Shown here: positions 10,927-20,100 of the stretch, one piece after another
How positions within the stretch are numbered: position 1 is the first letter of the stretch
How the letters are laid out: each line of letters opens with the position of its first letter
From: Thermodesulfobacteriota bacterium
GTDB lineage: Bacteria > Desulfobacterota_D > UBA1144 > Nemesobacterales > UBA2774
Length of the DNA stretch: 64,000 nucleotides
Assembly: GCA_965223335.1 (NCBI GenBank)
Contig: OZ244991.1
Span: 2,048,001 to 2,112,000, forward strand
Direction: 5' to 3'
Translations under genes and position numbers: made by a program
The notes under the pieces: model-generated
The model's database searches: none
The model's input: the letters and a program-made list of their open reading frames with translations, nothing else
Told to the model about the DNA's origin: nothing

Positions 10927-12165
10927 CTAGCTGCCACGTGCTACTTCCAATATGTAATCTTGTATATCCTTGGTGCGGTCTTTGGCTACGAAGAGTTCAC
11001 ACGCTCGTTTGCGCCCTGCCCTGCCCATCTTGCGCCTAAGCGTTGGGTTCTCTATTAGCTCTAATATTGCTTTGCCCACTGCGTCTGTATCACCCGATTC
11101 GCACAGCGTGCCTGTCACACCGTTGTCTACGGACTCGACAATTCCACCCATCTTAAACCCTATGACCGGTAGCGCGTATGACATGGCTTCGATCACAACT
11201 CTAGGGAACGGGTCGGGGTAATCGGATGGGATCACGAATATATCGAAATCTGTGAGTGATTGCCTGACGTCGCTTCTGTAGCCGGTGAATATAAACGAGT
11301 CGCCCAGCCCGTAGTCATGGACCTTTTTCTTAAGGTTGCTCAAATGGTCGTCGAAAAAGTAAGGTGTGTCGCCCACGATCACAAATTTAACCTTCTCTGC
11401 CTTGTTGCCGATGTTCTCGGACACATAACGGGCGGCCTCGATAAACTTATCGTAACCCTTCCGCGGCACTATCCTCCCTGTGCTTCCGACTACCACAGCG
11501 GTTTTTGGGATTTTGTAGGTCGACCTAAGGTTACCTTCGGTGGTCTTGGGGTCGTAGGCTTCGGGGTCTATGCCGTTATGTACAACCACCACCTTTTCTT
11601 TTCCGTTTCTAAACTGGTGGGCGGTTGGGCCCGAGACTGCGATGATCTTTTTTACAGAGGGGGATGCAGCCAAGAGGTTCATCACGGTGTCTAATAGCCA
11701 GGTCTGCTGTATGTTCCTTACGTGCCATATCACAGGTCTAAAATTGATAAGCCCTATAAAGGCCCCCACGATCTTGGCCTGTGTGCCGTTACAGTAGACA
11801 ATATCGATCTTATTGTTACGAATCAGAAACGGGGAAGTGATTATTAGGCTTATGAGGTCTAGGATATTGAGGAGTATTGATACGAGCTTATTGATACCTG
11901 AAAATGATTGCATGTCGTCGGCAGATGCTAAACGAGGGCGCTTTAAATTCTCGGGGAACCGCTTGTCGAGAATAATGTTTTCGTAGATACCTTCGTGTTT
12001 AAGTCGCTCGGAAAATACATCGTCTTTGGGGATCAGCACATGGGGCTCTACTTTGGTTCTATCGAGGTATTTAAGGATATAAAATAGGCTTTTACCCGGA
12101 CCCCCGTCGCGAATCGAGTGGTTTATGAACAGTACCTGAGTGGGTGTGTCGGAATTCGTATTCAT
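10927..12165 (-). CDS. Glycosyltransferase family 4
   Basis: GRIVPRKG, DIFVIPS..PDPFPRVVIEAM and VDNGVTG motifs; ATG at 12165 preferred over the upstream non-ATG start. Confidence 0.92.
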   Translation of the reverse strand: MNTNSDTPTQVLFINHSIRDGGPGKSLFYILKYLDRTKVEPHVLIPKDDVFSERLKHEGIYENIILDKRFPENLKRPRLASADDMQSFSGINKLVSILLNILDLISLIITSPFLIRNNKIDIVYCNGTQAKIVGAFIGLINFRPVIWHVRNIQQTWLLDTVMNLLAASPSVKKIIAVSGPTAHQFRNGKEKVVVVHNGIDPEAYDPKTTEGNLRSTYKIPKTAVVVGSTGRIVPRKGYDKFIEAARYVSENIGNKAEKVKFVIVGDTPYFFDDHLSNLKKKVHDYGLGDSFIFTGYRSDVRQSLTDFDIFVIPSDYPDPFPRVVIEAMSYALPVIGFKMGGIVESVDNGVTGTLCESGDTDAVGKAILELIENPTLRRKMGRAGRKRACELFVAKDRTKDIQDYILEVARGS

Positions 12166-12293
12166 GACTAAATATAAACTTAGACTGTGCAATCTACCAT
12201 GAATATTAGTGATATGCTAATAACATCAATAATGAAAATTTGTTGCGACGAGGTATAATATTGATTAATTAATTTGTAGAAAGTGGAGGCGAG

Positions 12294-12971
12294 ATGACTA
12301 ATAGTAAGGTGCGTTACAGTTTGCGGAATACTGTACTAACTGTGTTATTCGGCATTCTATTGATCGGTGGGTGCGATGTTGACTTTGGCGGAGGTGGTAA
12401 CGGTGGGAGTAGCGGGGGTGGTAACAGCACATCTAACATAGAGACTGTTCAGGGAACCATTGTGAGCACAATTCCGGAGATCGGAATAGACAGTATTACC
12501 GTACAGGTAGAGGACACCGACACTCAGACCGTATTCTCCGATGTGACTAATGCGTCGGGGTTTTTCTCGATTACTGGCACATTTGCCGGGAGTCCTGAAA
12601 TGGAGTTTCTAAACGAAGACCTGACCTCGCTGGCGAGGATATTTATAAATGTGTTTCCGGGTGCAAGGGTCGAGTTTGGTGACATAAGGCTTGAGAACGG
12701 TACCGCTATATTTGATGATAACACGGATGTGACGTTTGAGGGGGATGTGGTCTCGAATGACTGTACAACTAATTCGGGGACCCTAGAGGTGCTGGCTAAA
12801 AATAGCAGTGATGAGATTGAGGTATTAGTTCAGATAACTGCGGCTACGGATATTATTAGAGAAGATGAAACTGTTGACTGCGAAGATTTGCTCATAGGAC
12901 AGAACATCGAGGTACGGGGAATTTTGCTTTTGGGTAATAGTGTGGATGCGTTTAGGATAGATATACAGTAA
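12294..12971 (+). CDS. Putative acidic lipoprotein of unknown function (DUF5666-like beta domain at the C-terminus)
   Basis: GGAGG RBS; signal peptide ending LLIGG-C; Gly-rich linker; beta-rich, D/E-rich body. Confidence 0.65.
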   Translation: MTNSKVRYSLRNTVLTVLFGILLIGGCDVDFGGGGNGGSSGGGNSTSNIETVQGTIVSTIPEIGIDSITVQVEDTDTQTVFSDVTNASGFFSITGTFAGSPEMEFLNEDLTSLARIFINVFPGARVEFGDIRLENGTAIFDDNTDVTFEGDVVSNDCTTNSGTLEVLAKNSSDEIEVLVQITAATDIIREDETVDCEDLLIGQNIEVRGILLLGNSVDAFRIDIQ

Positions 12972-12973
12972 GC

Positions 12974-13579
12974 CTACTTCTCTTTGTCTAAAGAATCGAC
13001 TTTATCTTCGAGCTGTTTGATTTTCCTGAGCAGGAGCTCTACTTCCTGGGACTGCTGTTTAATTGTTTTGTTTGATCTCGGTCTTGTTTCGGTCTTGTGG
13101 TCGGAGTTGCCGTCTTCGGTATCATCGGTAGAGGGTTCGTCGCCTGCCCCCCCAAAGTTCTCGAAGCTCTCGGGTAGTTTTAGTCCCGGGGGGAACCAGC
13201 CTATGTCTTTCCACATCTTTATGTTCTTTTTCATCATGTTTTCCTGCACTGAGAGGTAGGGCTGGAACATCATGAGGAAATAGTTTTCAAAAAAGTCTTT
13301 TGCAATCTTGTTGCCGTATTTTATTAGCATATGCAAAAAAGATACGGGGAGTATATCTTCTTTGTTTTTTTCACTCTCTAGGATTACTTGGATTAAAATA
13401 ACCTTGGAGATATCCTCGCCGGTCTGTGAATCGATCACACGTACTTCATCGCCATCGCGTATCATGTCGGATATATCTTCGAGTGTGACGTATCTCTTAT
13501 GAGTAGAATCGTAGAGCCTGCGGTTGCTATATTTCTTAATCACAATCGGGCCCTGTGAGTTGTTGTGGTCTCTGGCCAT
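12974..13579 (-). CDS. phaR: Polyhydroxyalkanoate synthesis regulator, PhaR-like
   Basis: N-terminal IKKYSNRRLYDS...YVTLEDI...GEDIS..LIQVILE DNA-binding signature. Confidence 0.85.
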   Translation of the reverse strand: MARDHNNSQGPIVIKKYSNRRLYDSTHKRYVTLEDISDMIRDGDEVRVIDSQTGEDISKVILIQVILESEKNKEDILPVSFLHMLIKYGNKIAKDFFENYFLMMFQPYLSVQENMMKKNIKMWKDIGWFPPGLKLPESFENFGGAGDEPSTDDTEDGNSDHKTETRPRSNKTIKQQSQEVELLLRKIKQLEDKVDSLDKEK

Positions 13580-13709
13580 TAGTATTATTATTCAAACAAT
13601 CGGTATGCAGTCAAGAAAACGGACACAATATACTTGACAACCTATTGAATAAAAAGGATTATTTTATAGATTTAAATTGGGCTGGTTTTTACCAGAGGAG
13701 TAGATAATT

Positions 13710-14666
13710 ATGACGTCCAAGCCTTATAAAATTTGGTTTAATAATGAGATGGTTTCGTGGGACGATGCCATTGTGCATGTGCTCGCACACACGCTTCATT
13801 ACGGCCTGGCGGTGTTTGAGGGCATACGCGCATACAGGTGTGACGACACGCAGTCTGCGGTGTTTAGGCTCGATGATCATGTGAACAGGCTCTATTCCTC
13901 AGCACATATTGCTCAGATGGAGATACCGTATACAAAGGAGCAGGCCAAGGAAGCCATTTTGGAGCTCCTAGTAGTAAACGACCTGGACGAAGCATACATA
14001 AGACCCATTGCATTTATCGGTGGGGGCAAGATAGGTCTTCATCCCGGGGATAACCCCATCAACCTGGTTATAGCCGCCTATCCTTGGGGTACGTATCTGG
14101 GCGAAGGGGCGTTGACAAAGGGAATCACCACAAAGATATCTTCGTACACGAGGATGGCTGTAAATTCCTTTATGACCAAAGCCAAGATAAGTGGTAACTA
14201 TGTGAACTCGGTACAGGCCAAGCTCGAGGCGACCTCGCTTGGGTTTGACGAAGCTATATTGCTCGATAGCGAGGGCTATGTGGCCGAGGGAAGCGGAGAG
14301 AACATATTCATTGTAAAAGACGGACTGTTGAAATCCCCGCCGTTGACCTCGGTGCTCGACGGTATAACCAGAAGATCAGTAATGGAGATTGCAAAGGATG
14401 AGGGGATAGAGGTGGATGAGCAGAGGTTCTCGCGCGATGAACTGTACATAGCCGACGAAGCCTTCTTTACAGGGACGGCAGCCGAGATTACTCCGATTAG
14501 AGAGGTAGACCGTAGAGCTATTGGCGAGGGTAAACTAGGCCCTGTTACTAAAAAACTGCAGTCACGGTTTTTTGAGATCGTTGAGGGCAGGGATCCGCGT
14601 TACATTAAATGGCTTGAGTACTACCCGGTTAGTGCGTCGCTAAAAGTTAAAAATGAGTCTCTATAA
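13710..14666 (+). CDS. ilvE: Branched-chain amino acid aminotransferase
   Basis: LHYGLAVFEG, YIRP, AKISGNY (PLP lysine), EGSGENIF, LDGITR and FTGTAAEITP motifs. Confidence 0.97.
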   Translation: MTSKPYKIWFNNEMVSWDDAIVHVLAHTLHYGLAVFEGIRAYRCDDTQSAVFRLDDHVNRLYSSAHIAQMEIPYTKEQAKEAILELLVVNDLDEAYIRPIAFIGGGKIGLHPGDNPINLVIAAYPWGTYLGEGALTKGITTKISSYTRMAVNSFMTKAKISGNYVNSVQAKLEATSLGFDEAILLDSEGYVAEGSGENIFIVKDGLLKSPPLTSVLDGITRRSVMEIAKDEGIEVDEQRFSRDELYIADEAFFTGTAAEITPIREVDRRAIGEGKLGPVTKKLQSRFFEIVEGRDPRYIKWLEYYPVSASLKVKNESL

Positions 14667-15105
14667 GGGACACATTGCAGGCGGCGTGTTTGCTTTCCTA
14701 ATATATCTAGTATTCCTTGTTGTACTATTTCCCTTTAAACCCAGTTTCGAGATTATTGTGTGGTTCGTGCTCTGTATTCTAGGGGCCTTATGGCCCGATG
14801 TCGATACGAGCAGTTTTGGGCAGAAACTTTTTTACGGGGGCTTTTTGGTGTTTGACACGGTGCTCCTGCTGATGGGACGGTATAAAGAAGCAGCACTCCT
14901 GGGGTTCTTTGCACTGCTACCCATAGTCGGCAAGCACAGGGGGTGGAATCATTCTATATCCGCAGCGTTTCTGGTCCCCTCGCCACTTCTTTTTTTGCCT
15001 CTCGTAAAACCCGACCTGGGAGTGGGCGGGCTTGAGTACTACACACCTGTGGTAATCGGTTACATGAGTCACCTGGTTTTGGACCGTGAGCTAAAGCTCT
15101 ATTGA
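14653..15105 (+). CDS. Membrane-bound metal-dependent hydrolase (YdjM-like)
   Basis: GH, PDVD, HRGWNHS and GYMSHLVLD motifs among hydrophobic helices. Confidence 0.85.
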   Translation: MSLYKGHIAGGVFAFLIYLVFLVVLFPFKPSFEIIVWFVLCILGALWPDVDTSSFGQKLFYGGFLVFDTVLLLMGRYKEAALLGFFALLPIVGKHRGWNHSISAAFLVPSPLLFLPLVKPDLGVGGLEYYTPVVIGYMSHLVLDRELKLY

Positions 15106-15111
15106 CAGGGG

Positions 15112-16764
15112 TTAATCGATTTTGATCTGAAACGGCATTAGCGCCAAGATCTTGTCACGGTTTAGTGTTTGGGTATATTCAACGATCTCTTCTAGCTTTG
15201 AGAGGGTTGTTGTGAAGCCGAACAAGGGGTTTATGCGGATCCATGGGGGTTTAGATAAAAATTTGATGACGGGGTGCGAATGAGTGGGGATCTGGGCTAG
15301 TTCCCTTACCAAATTAAGCGCTTCGACAATACCCCCGTGTGTGTCGACAAGCCCGTTTTGTTTGGCCTGTGCACCGGTCCATACCCTGCCCTGTGCGAGC
15401 TTGTCCGTGGCGTCATAAGAGATGTTCCTTGCTCCTGAGACCGTTGTGACAAACTGTTTGTAGTAGGTTTGTATCATCTCCTCGAGTTTGTCGTCTTCTG
15501 AGTCCGAGAGTTTTTTGTTCGGCGAGTATATAAGCGCGTTTTTGCCCCTGGGGATCATCTCTTTTTTGATCTCTGCTTTTTGGAGCAGGCCGCTTACATT
15601 TAGCTTGCCGGCTATTACACCGATTGAGCCCGTGAGTGTCATGGGATCGGCCACGATGGTTTTGGAGCCGAGGGAGATGAGGTACCCGCCCGATGCTGCT
15701 ACATCGGACATGGATATGACAACGGGGACTTTTTCGCTCAGTGCACAAAGCTCGTTTCTGATCAAGTCGGAGGCAAGCCCTGAGCCCCCAGGGCTAAGGA
15801 TACGCAACACTACCCCACGAAGGTCTCGTCGCTGGGACAGGTTCTTTAGCTCTGCTATGAGTGAGGCGGAGCCGATTGTCGAATACTGTTTGCCGTCACG
15901 TCTCTTGCCGCTTGTTATTGTGCCTGTTTCCGATATGATCGCGATCATGCCGGGTCCGATCCATAACTTGTTTAGAATCGAGGGTAGTAGGTTTCTCATA
16001 CTGATTTTAGAGGCATAGAACTCTGCACCTACGAATACGGGGTCCTGTAAGGACCTCTTCTCTATGATAGCCTCGATATCACTTTCGTAGCCTACCTCGT
16101 CTATAAGACCCTTTGAGGCTGCTTTTTCGGCAACATAGGGGCCTTGATCTATAAGCCCGCGCATGCTCTTTGGAGTTATACCGCGTCCCGAAGATATGTA
16201 GCCTATGAACTGGTCATAGAGGTCATCCAGAATGCTGTCTAACATCTCCTTGTGTGCCTTTGAAATTGAGTCGGCGGTATAGGTCTCGGCTGCGCTCTTA
16301 TATTTGCCTAGGGCCTTGAATTCGGCTTCTATGCCGAGTTTGGATAGGAGGTTTTTAAGGAGTGTGACCTCGGCTTTAAGCCCTATAAGGTTTAGTGTAC
16401 ACCACGGTGGGGAGATAATTACATTCGCCGCTGAGGCTATCATATATTCGATGTTGCCTCCGCTCTCCAGGTAAGCATAAACGTGTTTACCGGCCCGACC
16501 CACTGCCTCTAGCCTAGTTCTTATGAGATTTGCCCGGGCGAGCCCTGTTTTAAGGTCGCGTATCTTTACGACTATGCCCTGTACGGAGGGGTTTGTTTCC
16601 GCCTCGTGGAGTATGAGCTCAAGTTTGGGCAGAGAGAGTTTTTTCTGTTCCATTACGAACGGGATGAGAGGTTTTTTTTCGTCTTCAGGCACCTCACCCT
16701 CGAGCTCTAGAGTTACGTAGCGCTGTTGGTTGTAGAGACCTAAATGATATAGGAGATAGCCCAT
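15112..16764 (-). CDS. sppA: Signal peptide peptidase A (protease IV, long form)
   Basis: Two S49 repeats with GKYKSAAE, SPGGS, AASGGY, TGSIGV and AQGRVWTG motifs. Confidence 0.93.
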   Translation of the reverse strand: MGYLLYHLGLYNQQRYVTLELEGEVPEDEKKPLIPFVMEQKKLSLPKLELILHEAETNPSVQGIVVKIRDLKTGLARANLIRTRLEAVGRAGKHVYAYLESGGNIEYMIASAANVIISPPWCTLNLIGLKAEVTLLKNLLSKLGIEAEFKALGKYKSAAETYTADSISKAHKEMLDSILDDLYDQFIGYISSGRGITPKSMRGLIDQGPYVAEKAASKGLIDEVGYESDIEAIIEKRSLQDPVFVGAEFYASKISMRNLLPSILNKLWIGPGMIAIISETGTITSGKRRDGKQYSTIGSASLIAELKNLSQRRDLRGVVLRILSPGGSGLASDLIRNELCALSEKVPVVISMSDVAASGGYLISLGSKTIVADPMTLTGSIGVIAGKLNVSGLLQKAEIKKEMIPRGKNALIYSPNKKLSDSEDDKLEEMIQTYYKQFVTTVSGARNISYDATDKLAQGRVWTGAQAKQNGLVDTHGGIVEALNLVRELAQIPTHSHPVIKFLSKPPWIRINPLFGFTTTLSKLEEIVEYTQTLNRDKILALMPFQIKID

Positions 16765-16778
16765 GATCGTATCGTAAT

Positions 16779-18260
16779 TTATTTGCTGCCTAAATAACTG
16801 AGTATGGTACGTACACCGAAACCTGTACCACCTTTGGGCTGGCTTCGAGTGGCTGAGTCCATAAACGCGGGGCCTGCGATGTCGATGTGAGCCCAGGGGG
16901 TGTTGCCGACAAAGTGCTCTAGGAATATTGCTGCGGTTATGGCCCCGCCCCAGCGGCTGCCTGCGTTTTTGACATCGGCGATGTCGCTTTCCATCTCTTT
17001 TCGAAGCTCATCGTCCATAGGGAGCTGCCACATCTTTTCCCCTGCGTTTCTTGAGGCATTTAGGATCTTATCGATAAGAGCCTGGTTGTTGCCCATTACA
17101 CCGGCCGTGTAGCTGCCGAGACCTACGATACAAGCCCCTGTGAGTGTTGCGAGATCGACAATCTCCTGCACCTTGAGCTTAACAGCATACGAGAGGGCGT
17201 CGGAGAGCACCACCCTGCCCTCTGCGTCGGTGTTTATTATCTCTATGGTTTTGCCGTTTAAGGCGGTAACAACATCATCGGGTTTATAAGCGCTTGCACC
17301 CGTCATGTTCTCGGTGGCGGAAATAAGGCCGTGCACATGCACTGCCGGTTTCAGTTTAGACACCGCCTTCATTACACCCAAAACCACTGCGGACCCGGCC
17401 ATATCCATTTTCATGGTCTTCATGCCGTCGGGTGGTTTTAAGCATAGACCCCCGGAATCGAAGGTTATACCTTTGCCCACAATTGCAACACTTTTTTTTG
17501 TCTTTCTATGAGGTGTGTATTCGAGGTGTATGAACCTGGGTGGCTCGCTGCTGCCGAGTGATACCCCTAACAGCCCGCCCATCTTTCTTTTCTTTATCTC
17601 GTGCTCATCGAACACCGTGCATTTAAGCCCGCCCTCGGCGGCAATCTCCTCGGCAAGCTGCGCGAGCTTGGTAGGAGTGAGTGTCACCGGGGGTTCATTT
17701 ACGAGGTCGCGTGTAAACACTACGGAGTCGGATATTGTGTTGGCTTTGACTGCTATGTTGTTATCCTCTATGAACTTTTTGTTTTTGATCTGTTTTGATA
17801 TGAAGACTATTGAGTCAATGGTGCTTTGTTTGTTTTCTTTGGACTTGTATTTATTGAAACTGTAAGTGCCCAGCCTCACCCCCTCGGCAAAGGCCTGTAT
17901 CTGGGAGCTTTGGGTGATGGTGTCCAGGTATATGCCGATGGTTTTAGAGAAATGTTTGGTTTTATTGGCGATAATTACACCTACTTCCCTGGCAGTGGCG
18001 GAATTGAATTTGCTCTTTTTTCCAAGTCCCACTATCAATACTCTGTCGGCTCGGATCTTGGAGTTTATACTGTTGATCATCATGCTCTGACCTAATTCCC
18101 CATTGAATTTCTCGTCGGCTGACATTATAATTATTGTATTGGTTAATAAGTCATTTATTTTTTTCGTAGATGTGTTATATTGTATGTTTGTGAATATTCC
18201 CATAACTAAAACATCGCAATCCACGCGCTGGGGTTCTTTGTTGGTTAATGAGATGTTCAT
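16779..18260 (-). CDS. pepA: Leucyl aminopeptidase (M17)
   Basis: VGKGITFDSGG, MKMDMAG, NTDAEGR, ATLTGA and WAHIDIAG motifs. Confidence 0.96.
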   Translation of the reverse strand: MNISLTNKEPQRVDCDVLVMGIFTNIQYNTSTKKINDLLTNTIIIMSADEKFNGELGQSMMINSINSKIRADRVLIVGLGKKSKFNSATAREVGVIIANKTKHFSKTIGIYLDTITQSSQIQAFAEGVRLGTYSFNKYKSKENKQSTIDSIVFISKQIKNKKFIEDNNIAVKANTISDSVVFTRDLVNEPPVTLTPTKLAQLAEEIAAEGGLKCTVFDEHEIKKRKMGGLLGVSLGSSEPPRFIHLEYTPHRKTKKSVAIVGKGITFDSGGLCLKPPDGMKTMKMDMAGSAVVLGVMKAVSKLKPAVHVHGLISATENMTGASAYKPDDVVTALNGKTIEIINTDAEGRVVLSDALSYAVKLKVQEIVDLATLTGACIVGLGSYTAGVMGNNQALIDKILNASRNAGEKMWQLPMDDELRKEMESDIADVKNAGSRWGGAITAAIFLEHFVGNTPWAHIDIAGPAFMDSATRSQPKGGTGFGVRTILSYLGSK

Positions 18261-18437
18261 CTGTTCCTCCTGATAATATGTGCTTTGCCGATTAGCATAC
18301 CATTATGAGCGAGGAACTAAAAAAAGTCATCAATAAAATGCAATGATGGCTGGGTCAATTAAGTTTTTATTGTACTTGAGTCCTTCTTTTCTAAATCGGC
18401 ATCAAATGCTGTAATAATCAAACAAATTATTTAAAGA

Positions 18438-18488
18438 TAGACAACATCCCTGTTTTGTGTTAATATATATTTATCATTATTGGTATGT
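18438..18488 (+). promoter_or_regulatory. sigma70 promoter and putative operator of the first ArsR gene
   Basis: TAGACA-N17-TAATAT (18438-18466); ATATATTTA begins on the last 2 nt of the -10 box, as at the second ArsR gene. Confidence 0.5.
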
Positions 18489-18519
18489 GTTCACAAAACA
18501 TAGTAGGAGGCGATTATAT

Positions 18520-18786
18520 ATGGGATGTCCTTACAAAGCGATAGCAGATGACACAAGGCGTAAAATCCTTGAGTTTCTAAGCAACGGAGAAACAGCGGCT
18601 GGTGATATAGCTTGCAAGTTTGAGATATCTAAACCCGCTATTTCTAACCATCTCAAGATTTTGAAGGAAGCCGATATCGTCAGTGAGCGGAAAGTCAAGC
18701 AGAATAGACTTTACTCCTTGAACGAAGACAGCATTGATGATATTACGGTATTCCTAAACTCATTAACACACAGCAACGGTCAGTAG
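18520..18786 (+). CDS. ArsR/SmtB-family transcriptional regulator, paralogue 1
   Basis: AGGAGG RBS then ATG at 18520; KAIAD.TRRKIL, AGDIA, IS.P.ISNHLKILKEA and RLYSL winged-helix pattern. Confidence 0.93.
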   Translation: MGCPYKAIADDTRRKILEFLSNGETAAGDIACKFEISKPAISNHLKILKEADIVSERKVKQNRLYSLNEDSIDDITVFLNSLTHSNGQ

Positions 18787-18850
18787 AGAGTTTATTATCA
18801 ACTATATTTTTTTAGGTTAAGTACTGTTGCTTGTTCCAACTCAAAACATG

Positions 18851-18885
18851 AAGGGCCGGGTTGTCCTCTTTGGGCTCTGGCCCTT
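18851..18885 (+). terminator. GC-rich stem-loop downstream of ArsR paralogue 1 (terminator or structured RNA)
   Basis: AAGGGCCGGG...TCTGGCCCTT 10-bp stem with G-U pairs on the + strand and an inner GTCC/GGGC stem; weak T tail. Confidence 0.45.
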
Positions 18886-19603
18886 GATTTACCCTCTGTA
18901 TATATTTACATCTGAGTACTCAAAAATTAGTAGAAGCCCACATATTATTTTTATATAATTTCGTTAGGCAATAAATCCTACTTTTGTCTTGGAATTGCCC
19001 TTCCCTCATTTCTCCTAAATCTATCTTGCACTCTGGTTTAAAGTTTCTACAAGGTTACCTATAATCAATATTACACATATATAGTACATAGCATTATTCT
19101 ATGCAGATAAATATATATATCTATAAGGGATATGTATATATCATATCAATATAGATTCTAGCTTGTATATAAAACATAGTATATGAATTAAAATAATCTG
19201 TTATTACTGCTCTATGACTACTTAAAATGCTATAGATTATATAATGCCTAAAGTTACTTTAACTTTGATGCCTGAATTAGATTTTACTTTAAATTCGATT
19301 CTTGAATTAAATAAGAGGTTTACATCGTATCTTTATTTGTGTTTAGGAACTATTCAGCGACAAAAAAAGCATAGTTCAAGCGTGCCAAAAATACCTAATA
19401 CGCACAATGAAGTTATTATATGTAACAATAAGAGGCAGATAGCCATCATATATCAACCTATAACTTAAGTAATGAAAATTCTTAAAGGTAGTCTTTAATA
19501 GGGTTTAAAAAACTATTAATTAATGATTGCGAGAAATCGTGTATTTATCTGTTATTATGAGATAATATCTGTTGGGGTACATCTGGGAACTTACCTTATA
19601 ATC

Positions 19604-20056
19604 ATGAAGGAATATATATTGGAATGTAGTAATGTAACACTTATTAAAAACGAAAACATTATTCTTAAAGATATTAATTTTCGTTTGCAATCTTCTAAGA
19701 GTTATTTACTGGTCGGGCCTTCTGGGGCCGGCAAAACCTCACTTTTAAGACTCTTAAACACTATGGATAGCCCTACACATGGAGATATCGTGTATGACGG
19801 AAAGAATATTAAAGAGTATCCGAAAACTGAGCTCAGGAGAAAAATATCACTTGTCTTCCAAATAGCATTTATGTTCCCGGGGATGATGACCGGTCAAATA
19901 ATCTCGGGTACCTCGCCCCTGGTAGCGGTTAAGTACCAGATAATCATAATGTATATGATTGCTCTATCCGTAGGGTTGAGCTCATACCTATTAACCTATT
20001 TTCGATTCAGGTCGTATTTTACAAAAGACCATCAGTTAAAAGAAATTGCTATGTAG
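19604..20056 (+). pseudogene. In-frame chimera of an ABC ATPase N-terminus (FetA/YbbL-like) and a permease C-terminus (FetB/YbbM-like)
   Basis: Walker A GPSGAGKT and Q-loop VFQ, then directly PGMMTGQIISG.SPL.AVKYQI (UPF0014/FetB C-terminal motif); no ABC signature or Walker B. Confidence 0.8.
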
Positions 20057-20100
20057 TGAATCAGAGTGTGTCGATAGCCAATCTAAAGGAGAGTGTAACC

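Noticed and set aside
17700..18260. AT-rich 5' part of pepA as a recombination or HGT junction
   Set aside because: The frame is intact and M17 N-terminal domains are normally divergent; no junction is visible.
18920..19009. 29-codon minus-strand ORF (MREGQFQDK...) after AGGAG
   Set aside because: RBS spacing is only 2 nt and the peptide has no distinguishing features.
19244..19468. 74-aa ORF in the AT-rich region
   Set aside because: No RBS and no recognisable motif; composition fits a chance ORF.
18787..19603. Replication origin or CRISPR array in the AT-rich region
   Set aside because: No TTATNCACA boxes or regularly spaced repeats seen; the TGTGGATAA copies I noticed (near 3801 and 50826) are single and inside genes.
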